Shown one piece after another: positions 11,624 to 24,514 of a DNA stretch of 64,000 bases; position 1 is the first letter of the stretch; every line of letters starts with the position of its first letter. The stretch comes from Catajapyx aquilonaris. Its lineage: Eukaryota. The notes beneath the pieces were generated by a model. The model had not been told where the DNA came from. It made no database searches and worked only from the letters and a program-made list of their open reading frames with translations. The stretch is taken from contig JYFJ02000011.1 in assembly GCA_000934665.2 (NCBI GenBank), forward strand, positions 124,001 to 188,000, given 5' to 3'. The position numbers were made by a program, and so were the translations under genes.

Positions 11624-12997
11624 ATGATCCTGTACGCGATGATAATAAGGTCGAGGGATGGGATGGCCCTGTCCGCATCCACTGACTTCACCGGGGAGGT
11701 CAACCGGAGCCTGAAGGACAGCAAGATGTACATCAAGATGATGTCCAAGAGGACCAAGAACCTGCCGGACAGATGCGTCTTCAAGCTTACTTCGTATGTC
11801 ATCTAGTAAGTGTTGATGCGGCAATTGCACTTGCATTGCACTTAAACTGTTTTTCTCATTGGGCAGTTTGGTGACATCGCTTGGAGTGTCGTACGTGGCA
11901 TTGTGTGAGCATGCGTACCCCTCCGTCCTGGCAATCAGCTTCCTTGATGAGGTCATGAAGGAATTCACTGTTGTGTACGATGTGAGGCGAGTAAGCGAAG
12001 CTAGGAGGCCGTACGCTTTCATTGAGTTTGGTAAGCATAGGAATGACTGTTACATTGCGCACAGTTGCTGAGTAAAGGATAAATACGGGAAGTCAACAGA
12101 GTATGACTAAGTAGGATGAGCATCAGTCTGGGCCTGTTCTACAAAATGTCATTGACCAAATGCTACAAGACTTATTTAGGACATGCCTATTTTTTTGAGA
12201 AGTTAGGGTAGTATAGGAAGGTTCATAAAGATAATAATTCTTTCTATAATGCAGACAATTTCATCCACAAAACACGGCAGAGGTACAACAACCCACGGAG
12301 CCTAACAACTCGTGTCAACCTGAGTGACATTAGTAATGATCTGAAGATCCGCCCTCCGTATGAGCTGCGTCTTCAAGATCTGGAGCCACCCAATGGCCTC
12401 TCTGCTCGAGTGTCCACCTCATCCTCCATATCTGTGGGACCCATGCCCCACCTTGAACCAGTCTCCTGGATAGGAATAGCTGCAATGGCGCTCACCAGCT
12501 TCTGTGCGCTAATTAACTTCTACAGAGGAATCTCAGCCCTTGGGATGCCCATCATCGAAGTATGTTGCCTGATTTCACACATCCAGAAGTATTAGTAGTA
12601 AAAAATGATTTGTGTACTGCAATTATTCTTCCGATGCAAACTGTATAAAAGGAGTGCTAAACCTGCCTTAATGGAACATGGTTTCAGCTTACGGCGTGCA
12701 GAGAACATGTCTCTTTCTCTATTGCAGGATTATGAAGGCCCAAATCCGCATTATGCTGTCTGTTTCCTGATCGAGGGTACCCTTCAGTGCAGCCAGATCT
12801 TCATGTTGCTGGTGCACATAAACTATCGGAACATAAAGGCTTGTGCTGCCCTCCTGGCACTGTGCCTGTGTAATTTGTACGTCTGGGAAGTAAGGGAGCT
12901 CTGGATGGTTCTGCTCCATGTGGCCATCTCCTCAGCCATAACTTTTGCAACTGTGATACGCAACTTTCAGACAAAGCCTCCAAACTACAATGTTTAA
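11624..12997 (+). CDS. SEC22A: Vesicle-trafficking longin protein SEC22A/SEC22C-like (multi-pass C-terminus)
   Basis: Exons ~11624-11805, 11867-12030, 12255-12559 and 12728-12997. Longin N-terminus MILYAMIIRSRDGMALSASTD, YPSVLAISFLDEV and [25 protein letters not shown]. Several C-terminal TM helices, ending KPPNYNV, fit the A/C type rather than SEC22B. Confidence 0.85.
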
Positions 12998-15401
12998 AAC
13001 TCACAGTATTTTTTGAATGTTGACGAATCTCACCCAATGGTGTAATAAATGTATTTATCAAACAACGCATATTTTTTTTTATATCGAAAGCTTTTATTGA
13101 TTTTTTTGTTATAATTTTTCTTATCTCGTGACAGCAATTAGACCTAGTGTTCATTTCCTTCCATTGAGAAATGGAAATGGGGAAACTCATTTATGTATTA
13201 TTATTATTATTATTTTTAGGTACGATTGACATCGCAAAGAGGGACTCAAAACATGATGAGTGCCACCTTGGATCAAAGGTTGTTTTTTTCCACAATTTTT
13301 AATACATATACAAAGATGCAGGACAAAAATACATAGAGAGTTGCAAGGCCAAACTACCACGTGGTACATTTCGTAGAAAAAGCAGACACTTTTGTTTTTG
13401 AGGTGGGGGATTATTTTGCAAAAAACCTGCATGACAATATATTGCAATGATGAAAACAGATGAGCACAACTCGGTTTTCTTTCTCTTTTTTTTTCCAGGT
13501 TATTTGAGCCAAAAATCGTCTCCATTTCCATTTCGGAATTGTAAATTTTTAAAAAACAAGGGTTTTAACACTTTTTTTTTTCTCCATAACCTTTGATGCA
13601 AACTGGGAATGTCAAAGGGAAGTGGGATGAGGTAAAAGGGGAGGGGCTGGGAAGGGGATTGTAAAAAGACGCAAGTCACATACACATTTTGTACATAAAA
13701 TCATAAATAACAATATTTTTAAAAAAATTGAGAAGAGGGCCCCACTGGGAGGCATGCGAAATTGATGAGTATTTAAGACTCCACAGTTATTACTATTAGT
13801 ATAATCATACTTCTGGGGGAAGTCTCCACAACTGCATTTGGCCACAGAAAAAGAAATCACCTTAAAAAGTACATAGAAAAATGCATGATCATCTTTGAGA
13901 AACATAAAAAAAGGTACAAAATAAAACATATAGCTGCAAGTTTGATACAGGACATGATGAGATCTTTCTACAACATGAGTGAACTTGCACATAACTTTCT
14001 CTGCGCTGCTCTATAAACGCAACGCTACAAACTACAAACATGGCTCACTTTCCACTGTGATGTATTATTTTTTTTAAATCCCTTATTTATGTATAGGACA
14101 GGGCAAAGAAAATGTTTCACCCCCAAGATGGCATCAACGACTATTTCCATCACCATTATTTCACAAAGATTGCGATAACAGCGAGTTAAATCAGTACACT
14201 TTGAAAAAAAAAGAAAATGCAGGAGGGGAAAACAAAAATGCACCTAATGCTGCACTCTCTGAATCTCCATTCGCAATACTGACAATAAGTCTGCAACAAG
14301 CAAAAGGGGCTTTAAAAAAAACCAGTCTTGGTGACCAAAAAAGTGTCACAACAATGGAACTTAGTCACAGTCTCCTGCGGAAAACTTATTTCCATGTTTA
14401 AATGCAAGTCTAAAAAAAATGCTTAAAACTAAACGCAACTGACAACTACATGCGCATTAGTTTTAAAATCTCATATTTCACTTAAATATCATGATGGTTT
14501 TTGGCCATGGAAGAAAAGCAATGGTCACTTCTCTCCTCACACAGAATGGGATTTTTTATTCCTTACCTACTAAAGTCTATCACGCGCTAAAACGGCTCAG
14601 AATCACTGCTTAAACGCTCATAATACAAGCTGCACTGGAACTCACAACAATTTATGATTACCTTATACTCTTATATTATTTTTTTTGCTTAAATGTCGAC
14701 AGGATTTTCAAAGGCCATCAAATATGTCACGCTATGGATTTACTAAACATCATTTTTGTCCTCATCGTCATTGTCGTTGCTAATGACTTTTTATGTCACA
14801 TGGCTCAAAATTTTTGCCTCACCGACCAAAAAATGGGGGGGGGGATGGACAAATGAAAACCTCTCGCCCAAAGAGATTGCTATTGATACCGTTAATACTC
14901 GTAATGAGGTTCACTGTGTCACAACTACCTAAAAAGGACACGAATAACTTTTTTTTTTGTTGCTTTTCTTTAACTGCTACATTTTAGGCTCCCCGCTCCA
15001 CAACTCCAGATACTTTGGGAGTACACAAACAAAAATTTGTCTCCCTACCTTCCATTTTGGAGCAGGGAGTGTGGGAGGCTACAGCAAAGCTCAATTTACA
15101 CTCATACATACACACACACACTCACATGCACACTTTTAAAACGGCATCAACTGAAAAAGTTGTCTATGTATCTCGTAGGCCACGCAAGGAAAGAGTTGAA
15201 AAAGACGGGGGGAGTCCAGGGAAGGGAAGGGTGAAAACAGGACAATTAAAAAATCGGAGTGGAACTCGGTATAAGCTATACACTTACATTATGAGGGTCC
15301 AAACTCCAGCAAGCGAAACCAGCGATACTGTACCGGATATGTCTACCCCTTAATGTTTTTTACTCTTCATCTCTAACTTTCTCCTCAGTTGCTGTACTGA
15401 T

Positions 15402-18400
15402 TTACAACTTTTCCAGCTTGATTCGTGGCATCTGCCTTGTAATATCTCCAGCGTCAGGTTGAGGGTAGCTGTACCCTTGCCAACTGTAGCTAGCAGGCTG
15501 AAAAATAAATCAGGGTAATATTAATAATATGACTTTGCTATTTTAAACAGTACACTGGATTCTAATGCAGCAGGCAATCTGCATAAACTTTGCAACTATG
15601 AGTCAGATGCATGTGCACTAACCTGTGCATGAAGCTCAGCCGTTGAGACTCCAATAGGGTCGGGAAAGGGGCTGGGCTGCAGCACAGATGGCTCTCCTCC
15701 TGGGTACGGGTATGGAAAATGATAAGGAGGGTTGTGCTGGTAAGTTGGGTAAGGATATGAGGGAGGAGTTGGCTCGTATGGATATGGAGAATATTGACTG
15801 GGGGGTGGTGGTGGTGGATGTGGAGGATGCGGCGCATTTGGGTATATTGGTGGGTAAACTGATGGTGGTAGTGAGGACGGGGTTGGTACTGGAGGCGCAG
15901 AGGAGAGCATGGCTGCTGATGTGAATATCGGGGTAGAGGTAGGCTGAGGGGCTGAGGTAGGAGGAGGAGGGGCGGTTGCTGCTGATGATGAGGTAGTGGG
16001 TTGCGGTTGAGGTGGTGGCGGCTGAGGCGGAGTTGGTTGCTGAGCAGGTGGTGCAGGTGCTGGGGGGGCAGGCGGGGCAGGCGGGGCGGGTGCAGGGGCT
16101 GTGGCAGGACTTGCGGGAGGGGCTTGTGGCACCTGGGCAGGTGGGGTAGGAGGAACTGATGTTTGCGGAAGTGATGGAGGGGCTGGTGACTGCAGGGCAG
16201 GTCCATTGATTGGTGGTGCTTGTAATGTGGGTGGTTGCAATGCAGGTGGCTGCAATGCAGATGATTGTAATGGCGGTGGCTGCAGTGTTGATGGCTGCAA
16301 TGTGGGTGGTTGTAGAGCAGGCGACTGCAAAGATGGTGGCTGCAATACTGGTGACTGCAACGGGGGTGGTGGTTGCAATGACGGAGGTTGCAACGATGGT
16401 GGCTGTAATGGTGGCTGCAATGTGGGCGCCTGCTGCTGATGCTGCTGTGTGGGTTGCAGATGGTTTGGTTGGTGTTGTGTTGTGGTGCCACCACTAATGG
16501 GGGGCTGATGCTGGTTGTTCTGGTGTGACGTTTGCTCCACAGGTGCTGACTTGGGCCTGCTGTCTCCTCCTTTCTTGAGTTTCTTCAACTGCTTAGCATC
16601 CTTCAAGTTGTTAACATATGACAGGAAGTTGGACACAACCTTTGACATCTCATCAGGACTGTCCTTCATGCGATACTCAATAAGGGCCTTGAACAGGGTC
16701 GTCGAAACATAGTAGGCCATTTTGGCGTCCTCTTCATTCTTCACAACACACTTGGCCTGAAATTGGGCATTTTAAAACTACCACTTCCAAATTGGATTCT
16801 AGGTGAAGAGAATGCATCAGAACTTACCAAGCTGGCTAAAAGAGCACCCAGTGGTCCAGTTGCAAGTGGCTCGTCCTCCTGTTTGAATCCCTTCAGCTCA
16901 TCATTCTGAGCTTGAGCTTGAGCCTGGGCCTGAGCTTGGGCCTGGGCTTGAGCTTGTGCCTGAGCTTGGGCAGCAGCAGCCGCAGCAGCGCTACAAAACA
17001 TTATTCACATTACGCATAACTCAACAGCACATTGAACCTTAGATAAATGCACAAAAGCAAATTTAACAAGCAGTCAATGGATTTTCAGTGTGGTATGGTT
17101 AGTTTATAAAAATGCATAGGAAGAAGAGTGGCCACCTCTCCTTTTTGTTCCTCGCTGCACTCTGCTTGCTGTTGGAAGCCCCTCTCCCTCCTCCTCCGTG
17201 TCCTCCTCTGCCTCGAGCAGGACCAGGCATGGGACCAGAAGGTGCAGGAGGAGGAGCAGGACCAGTGGAGTAACCATCTTGCGGGAAGGATGAACCAGGA
17301 AAACCACCAAAGTGTCCTGGTCCTCCAGGGTAGTTTGACTTGAATGCATTGCTGTGATGGTTTTGAGATGGCTGTTGGGAATTTGGGGGAGGGGGAGGCG
17401 GACCGGGAGCAGGGGGTGGTGGTCCAGGGTGGGACATGGGACCTCCAAACGTGGATGGAGGACCAGATGACACGGATGATGGAGAGTCTGTAGGACCAGA
17501 TGAGGAAATTGCTGTGTAGTTGGGACCAGAGCCGTAGTTGGGGGTGGGGCAGAGAGGGCCAAAGTGGGAGCTGGGACCAGGCATGGCAGGGTTGTCATGG
17601 TTCACAGAGGGTCCCACAAGTGGACCAGATCCTGGGCCTGATGATCCAAAGTTTGGTCCTGAGCTTGGAACAGATCCAACATTTGGGATCATACTGCCTC
17701 CCGAGCCTGTTCTAGGTGGCGGAGGGCCTGGAGGTGGTCCACCCATCGGACCAAAGTTGGTGCTTGAGTTATGAACAAAGGTGGAGTTAGGCACCGGTGC
17801 CATGTGAGGCGGACATGTTGGGTCTGGGCTTGGACCCATTGGACTTGAATCACGGCCAGGGCCAGGTGGTTCAGGGGCAGATCCAGAGTTGGGACCAATC
17901 GTAGGTGGCACTGAGTTAGTTCCAGATGTAGGTGGGACCGGAACATGGTTTGATCCAGACTCATGACTGTTATTTGTGACATTGTGGCCATGGCTGCGAG
18001 ATGATGTGTTTCCTGGACCCGACAGCCCACTAGACGGCCCACCAGATGGTCCACTAGATGGGACACTTGATGGACCGCCAGTTGGTGCAGAGCTGGGTGC
18101 AGGACTTGGACCATGACTAGCTGATTTAGGAGCTGCATTAGTAGTATTCGACTGTGGAGGGGGTGGTGGCTGAGGTGCACTGGAAGCAGCTGGGGGTGGA
18201 CCAGACCCAGTGTTGGGACTAGGACCGCGCCCTGGTCCAGGACTAGGGCCATGGTTCGGTCCAGGACTAGGAACAGAGTTGTGGCTGCTGCCACCTGGCG
18301 CTAACGGACCAGGTGGCCCCATCACCGGTGCGTATGAATTTGGCCCCACTGACACACACCCCGGGTTAGGACCCGAAGGCCCCATTGATGGCCCAGAGTA

Positions 18401-20986
18401 CATACCTGGACCCATGCTCATAAGTGATGGACCAGACATGGGGCCACACCCAACACTGGAAGTAGGTGGGACTCGAGGCCCATTCTGATAGTACGGCCGC
18501 ATAGGACCAGGACTGGAGTAGCCATAACTAGGTCCATGTGACACCATTGGTCCATGAACCATGGGCCCAGGCTGGCAGTACCCATACGAACCATGGTGGC
18601 TCATGGGTCCCATACCAGAAGAAGCATGCCCCATAGGACCTTGCATCATAGGCCCAGTGGATGGCACGTGGTGCATAGGACCACCATGAGGGCCCATGGG
18701 TCCTGACCCCAAGGAACTTGGGGAAGAAATGTGAGGTCCCATTGGCCCCATGGAAGGTCCATGGGGTCCAATCATAGCAGAGGAACAGTGCGTGGCCATG
18801 GGGTATGCAGAGGGTCCATGTGGTCCAAGGTGTGGGGCATACGGCCTGGCGGGACCAGTCACTCGCGACATGTTGTAGACAGGTCGGTATGACGAGGGTG
18901 GGTAGGAAGGCTGTGGTGGACCACAAGGGGAGGGAGAGCCGGCATGGTTTCCGCTCATCTTAGGTGATGACTGCTGGTCCATCTTGGCCTTTTTGGACCT
19001 GGGCTGGTCGTTTTCTGATTCTTCCTTCACCTTCTCAGCACCCAGAATTTCAGTGTCAGGTATGCGGATGTCTTTTGCATTAGGTGGTGGTATCCCACTG
19101 CCACCTCGCTCTTTGGACCATGGAGCTTGACCTTTGGGCCATGGGTATGCGGCATCATCTGCGAAGTAATGTGTGTAAGAAATTGATGTGACTGTAGCAT
19201 AATATTGCACACTACAAATTATTATTAGGATTTGAATGAAAGACAAAAAGGCCCCTCTAGTTTAACTGGACCTGTTGACTAGATTAGACCATGCTCTAGA
19301 GATGTGACAAATACTTCAGAAATAGTAATTTTAGGCTTGTGGTATTGTTGATTAAAAACACTAGTCTTAAGAATGTCCAGTTGCAGATATCATCACTAAT
19401 TTACATAAGCAAAAGATTACTGCACAACTTATCACCATCTGCAATGTAAACTAATTAAAAAATCTGAAGGGGTGTCGTCCCGTGGTGTAGGTGCTTGCAT
19501 GTTTGATCCTATTTCCTGCAATATGCTGCATTTTCTTCCATGCTATTTTCTTTTTGTAGCTATATACACAGATTTTTGGGAAGTAACTTGGTTGACATCA
19601 GCAAACTATTTAGCTCAGGACATCGGGTGCAAAAATATTATTTATCTATTGCAATGACTACTATAACTCTGACTCATTATGCACTCGGAGTACATATCTT
19701 TCCCAACCCAATGAACTCACTTTTTTTCCAGTTATTGAAACTTACCTCGGACAGTCTTTATTAAGGAAATATTTTTGCCTTCACTCTTTTCTATTTCGAC
19801 ACACTTCTCCAACAACTCTACCCTATTGTGTATCTTTGAACCGCTTGAGGTCTCCTGAAAGCAAAGAAGAGCAAACGCTGACAATGGTTTACACACATCC
19901 CCAAAATATTCTCATATTCTTTTATGCCACGAAACCAGTGAACTTACAATGTAATTTGACCGGTGTTTACATCCCATTAGGTGATTAAACATGGACACTG
20001 CTCCTCCGTGTACCGAGCAGAATCTACAGACGTAAACCGGATCCCTTTCTTCGCTTTCAGGAACATATTCCTCAACATAATGCAAACCTACAAGAAATGT
20101 TTTGTGGAAATGCTAATAATCATTATTCTTCGTGGCAACTCACCTATTGCTGGGTCTTTGCTGCTTTCTAGGATTTCGTGCAAAGCGCCTGGCCTTTTCT
20201 TTTTAGGACTACTACCATACATCCCCTTTTCCGAGTTGCCTGCAAGTTTATCGTCTCCTTGTTCTCCATCCTTTCCTGGCAATTCCATCAGTCTTTTGTA
20301 CATTCCTTCTTTCTGCAAGGAGACATTTAAAAGTGATCCACATGCAAAATCACAAACGGCAATTCTGTCGACAACTAATGCTCTACCTTTTTATGCTTTG
20401 CACCATTGAGATGAGTTTGCAGCATTGCTTCACTGTTGAGTTCGAGATTGCATATCTGAAGTAAGACACATGCATGTTAATTATTATCAGTATGTGGGGA
20501 TCATAATTGGTTCTACATTGCACATAAAATTTTCATAGCATTTGTATTTTAACATCTGATGCGGTACAAAGTGACCATTACTCCTTTTGTGCCAAAAAAA
20601 TCATAAATAAATGCATTTAATAATTTAAAAATAACTTTGCATTAATGATTGACAACATCCTTCTACATGAGGCAAATATGAAACTCACAATCGCTATTGA
20701 AAATTTTACTTAAGGACGAATGAAAATTAAATGAAATAATTATAACACAGCCATACATTAAACTTACTTCACAAAAATACACTGGTTTCTCTTTTGGCGA
20801 GTTGAAAACTCCTGTCCCGAAGTCATAGTCTGAAATGTCATAGAGCAAATCGTCAGTACCACAAGTCATGTGAATTCACGTATTTTCTGGACCTTGTTCG
20901 TTGCCTTCTTGCAGAAGACTGGATAACAAAGCGGCCACGCCACTGGTCCTCTTGAACGCCTTCTCATAGTCCACCTCGTCGTCCAT
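15402..20986 (-). CDS. Matrin/U1-type C2H2 zinc-finger protein with long Pro/Gly/Ser-rich low-complexity region (CG7065-like arthropod family, tentative)
   Basis: ATG at 20986. Zinc fingers YFCEICNLELNSEAMLQTHLNGAKHKK and YVCRFCSVHGGAVSMFNHLMGCKHR. Conserved-looking blocks IGLHYVEEY, YPWPKGQAPWSKERGGSG and VKNEEDAKMAYYVSTTLFKALIEY. Large exons 17136-19159 and ~15623-16756. Last exon ends RIKLEKL* at 15402. Confidence 0.75.
16210..16430 (-). repeat. Coding 15-bp tandem repeat (LQ[P/S]P[x] pentapeptide, ~14 copies)
   Basis: LQPPLQPPSLQPPSLQPPPPLQSPVLQPPSLQSPALQPPTLQPST... in ORF 15596..16744. Confidence 0.85.
16906..16990 (-). repeat. Coding poly-Ala plus (AQ)n repeat
   Basis: AAAAAAAQAQAQAQAQ... 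in the exon spanning 16827-16991. Confidence 0.85.
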
Positions 20987-21260
20987 GTGGCCTCTGTCCA
21001 GGGAAGACCCCGGCAGTCTTCTCTGGATAGGTTTGCTTATCCACCTCCACTAGCTGTTTCCCACTGAACCTGATAGAAGAAAATAAAGTTAAAAATCAGC
21101 AACTTGAAACAATGCACTGCAACTTTCTAGCACAATGTAGGCTATCAAATATCAAACGTAGCATAATTCCTCTAATCATAACATCACAAGATCCTAACGA
21201 AATATTGTAGTTCAAGGTAAATGTAATACAGTTGGAATGCGACTAATATAAAATATGAAT

Positions 21261-21860
21261 ACAGGGTGTATAGATGACTGCAACTCAAAATTATATATTT
21301 ATTTCTCAAAATAGGTTTAGCACACACATACCTTACATGCATAATTGCAAAAAAAATTAGTCTTGAGTTTTTAAATCAACATTTTTCCAATAAACTTTAA
21401 TATGGGCATCCTAGAGACCCACCTAAACAAAGATGCAAAATATTTGATCACAGCCCTCATGTTCATAGCATATTGGATACAGCCATGGCTACAGCATCCT
21501 TTAGGGCAGGTGTCAATGGCCAAATGTCACTTCTGACCTTGACCTCGTATAGAAGCTGTGTTGCACACAAACCCAGAGGATAATCCTGTAAGTTCAACTC
21601 TTATCAACCTAGGAGACCCCCAAAAAACACAAAAATTGTTCCTGTTCATGCAGGATCATGTGAACAATATTGCCTTCTAGGTTGCGTCTAGGCTGTAAAT
21701 GACCTTCATCAGTTGGCAGCCCCATACAGGTCACTAAGGCTACAGCTTCAACCATCATGCTACAAAATCTATGAATGTTTTTCTTTGCAATGACATATCC
21801 TGGAAATGCCAAACTGATTTTGAGAAATGAAGGTTTGGTTCGAGTCATCCTGTACAATAC
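21261..21860 (-). mobile_element. Highly decayed Tc1/mariner-type transposon relic
   Basis: TA-CAGGGTG end at ~21260. On the - strand near 21560-21615 a frameshifted P-R-..-ELNLQDY-.-LW-..-V resembles the WPPRSPDLNPLDYFLWG motif. Confidence 0.35.
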
Positions 21861-22981
21861 TTAATCCTTATGAAGTATAGGCAAAACTTCGAATGTTCTC
21901 TGCTTAATTTTAACAGTACTAGCTGAGTCAGAAGGAATTTCCCATTTGCAACCTGTTTGCTACTTGAACAAAGAAAATGTTGCACATTGTCAGGACCAAA
22001 AAAATGATAAAAATCAATGACAAGAAATGAAAAAATAATTGGTCAAATGCATTTTTAGCAAACTCATATCCTACTGTCTTATTATAAAACTTGCCATACA
22101 TGCAATTTAATAACATCAGATATGTAGAACATGCCAAAATGGTATTGACACATTAAAATTAACAGTCACCTTCAATGAACACATCGTCACAAGTACTTTC
22201 CTGATATTTTGATAAGAACTGTGAATGACATTGTGGTCTATTTATGGATTATTTTTTTCCCCATATTGCCTGGTCAGCTTCACATATCAAAATCAAGCAT
22301 GTACTACAATTCCCAAAAATCCTTGCTAAGCTCTAACTGACAAATCATTACGGATGCTCCTAAAAGTTAGTATGCTCAAAGGAAGACATGCAAAATGTAA
22401 ACCTTTTTTGCCTGCTGACAATAATTATATTGATGGTTGCAATATTAATTCTCAGATCTGTGATTCAATAACTCTATAACACATTTTAAAACAAGTACTC
22501 CAATGTTAATCCACGTGCATTACAGCAGTACATAAAAATTGCAGAAATATTGACTCCATTTGTAATGCCAACTACTCCTACTAGTGATCCAAGCAAATCC
22601 TCACTATCTACTAATAAAGTAAATGTTCTGGTAGTACAGAAAAAGTTTAATAACTACTTATTACACATACCAGTAAGCTTAACTATCCACAGCAAACACA
22701 TACTGTCTAACACTTGCAACTGTGGCATGAACACACTAACTGTCACGCTGATCATAAAGCATGCTCCCATAAGGTCTATGCCCTCGGAATGGGCCATAAA
22801 TAAATAAAAATAATATATTCAGCAGAAAAATTATTACCCACAGTCTCACATAAAAATAATTCCCAAGCGTACTGGCAATACGCTTCTTAGTTTTCTCAGT
22901 CAATAACCCCCTTCACTGATATGTGTCGCCTGCACGACCTGTCAACCAACGTAAAACTTTAGCACTATTAATACACCATTC

Positions 22982-23149
22982 AAGGTGCGTTTACATGTGA
23001 GCGATTTGACAAGCGAAGTCTCCACCGAGCAAAGTAACCGGAGGTGAAAGTAACAATCAATTTTTGCCTCAAACAATACTGGTTACTCAGCAATGTTACC
23101 GCTTGGCGATGACTTTGCTCGTGAAATCGTTCACATGTAAACTCCCCTT
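22982..23149. mobile_element. MITE, family shared with 6817-6970
   Basis: TIR AAGGTGCGTTTACATGTGAGCGATTT...AAATCGTTCACATGTAAACTCCCCTT and the shared internal GAGGTGAAAGT.ACAATC.ATTTT. Confidence 0.8.
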
Positions 23150-23441
23150 TAATGTGTCAACAAGTCAACACACCACTTTTCAATAACATATAAATTACTG
23201 CAATCAAACTGATATGTGACGCTCATACAAATTGTCAACTGACTTGTGCCCTATTAATACACCCAACATGTCAATATGTTGACACACCACTTTTCAACAG
23301 CATATAAATAACTAATATCATATGATAGCACGTCATCGCAGACACCGACAGGGTAAGTCACTTCCAAGTAAATTCATGGACCGTTCCATTGACAGTTACC
23401 TTTTCATGGCAGTTCTGTCAGGCATTTCTGAAGCAACTTAC

Positions 23442-24514
23442 CCTTCGGCGGTCGTGCTCTGTGCTTAAACCGATTGACAGTGCGACACTCCCCACTGGTC
23501 ATGACCCCGCCAGCGTTCCAACCCCGCACGACACTCCCAACGGTGCATCCAGAGACTCCTTCCGCTCTGTTGCACTTCCACCTCACCCTTGTTCCAGGGT
23601 CCACCCCTAGAGCCCATCCCCCATGGTGCCAACCCTTCCTCCGGCCCTTCCTCCGCCCTCCCTTGGCCCCCAGACCATTCCAAACCCCTTCGCACACCTC
23701 CAGCCTAGCCCCTGTTCCATTCCCACACTTTACATCCCCCCCCACACCCCGCTTTTCCCCTTTTGCCACAAAAGGCCGCGTCCGTTCTTCTTCTTACTTC
23801 TTCCTGCCATGGCCAGATGCGGGCTTGCCCTTCCCGAGGTGATGGCCCCGGTCCCCACTCTCCAAGCGGTCAGGCCAGATCCTTCCAAAAGCGCGTTGTC
23901 AACCCTTCTTCCTTTTTAGCCCTTTTTTTTTTCCTCCCCGTCTCTCTCTCTCTCTCTCTCCCCCGTTCCTTTTTTTTTTTTATATATAGTTCTCTAGCTC
24001 TCGGTCACTCTCACATGTGAACTATTCCAACCGATAGTATCTCACTACATGGCCATCCACATGCGTAGTTTGTGTTCTGGTTCACAGATGGCGTCGTATG
24101 TTGTACATTCAAGTGCAGCATGTACACAGCGCCATCTGTCAACCGGACGATGAACTAACAACAAGCCGATCCTCCCTACCTTTCCCAGCTTCAATGCGGC
24201 TTAATTGTCCTGTAATAAACGCATGTATACACACACACAATTTATGTACAGTACATAGTCGTACCCCAGCAACATTACAGAGGTGTTTGTCCCCATAAAA
24301 GCGGGTAATAGCTCATTTTTTTGTTGTTGTTGTTGGTCCTTCGACCCCTCCTCCCTCTTCCTCCCTCTTTTTTTTATGTTTTCGTGTGGTTGGTTCCTTT
24401 TTTGGGGACAAGTGAGGATCGGGGTGCGTGTGCTGGCCAAAGTGTGTTGTTGTTGTTTTTTTTGCGCGGTTTGTTGTTTTTGGCAATTATTTTCATTGTG
24501 TGACAGTGTGTGGC
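23442..24514. promoter_or_regulatory. Bidirectional promoter / 5' UTR region of the zinc-finger gene (-) and MSH3 (+)
   Basis: CpG-rich. - strand splice donor G|GTAAG at ~23441 ends a non-coding first exon. Strand asymmetry flips near 24000-24300. Two inverted CAGATGGCG motifs at 24085 and 24127-24138. Confidence 0.55.

Noticed and set aside
15562..18926. Cys/Gly-rich and His-rich ORFs (e.g. 16101..16439 +, 15562..16494 -) resembling metallothionein or keratin-associated proteins
   Set aside because: They are antisense or shifted frames of the LQPP and GP repeats in the zinc-finger gene.
20876..20878. In-frame TGA in the zinc-finger gene N-terminus (possible selenocysteine or readthrough)
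   Set aside because: It falls in a 63-nt GT-AG intron (20892-20830) with a TACTGAC branch point. Splicing restores ...EGNEQDYDFG.
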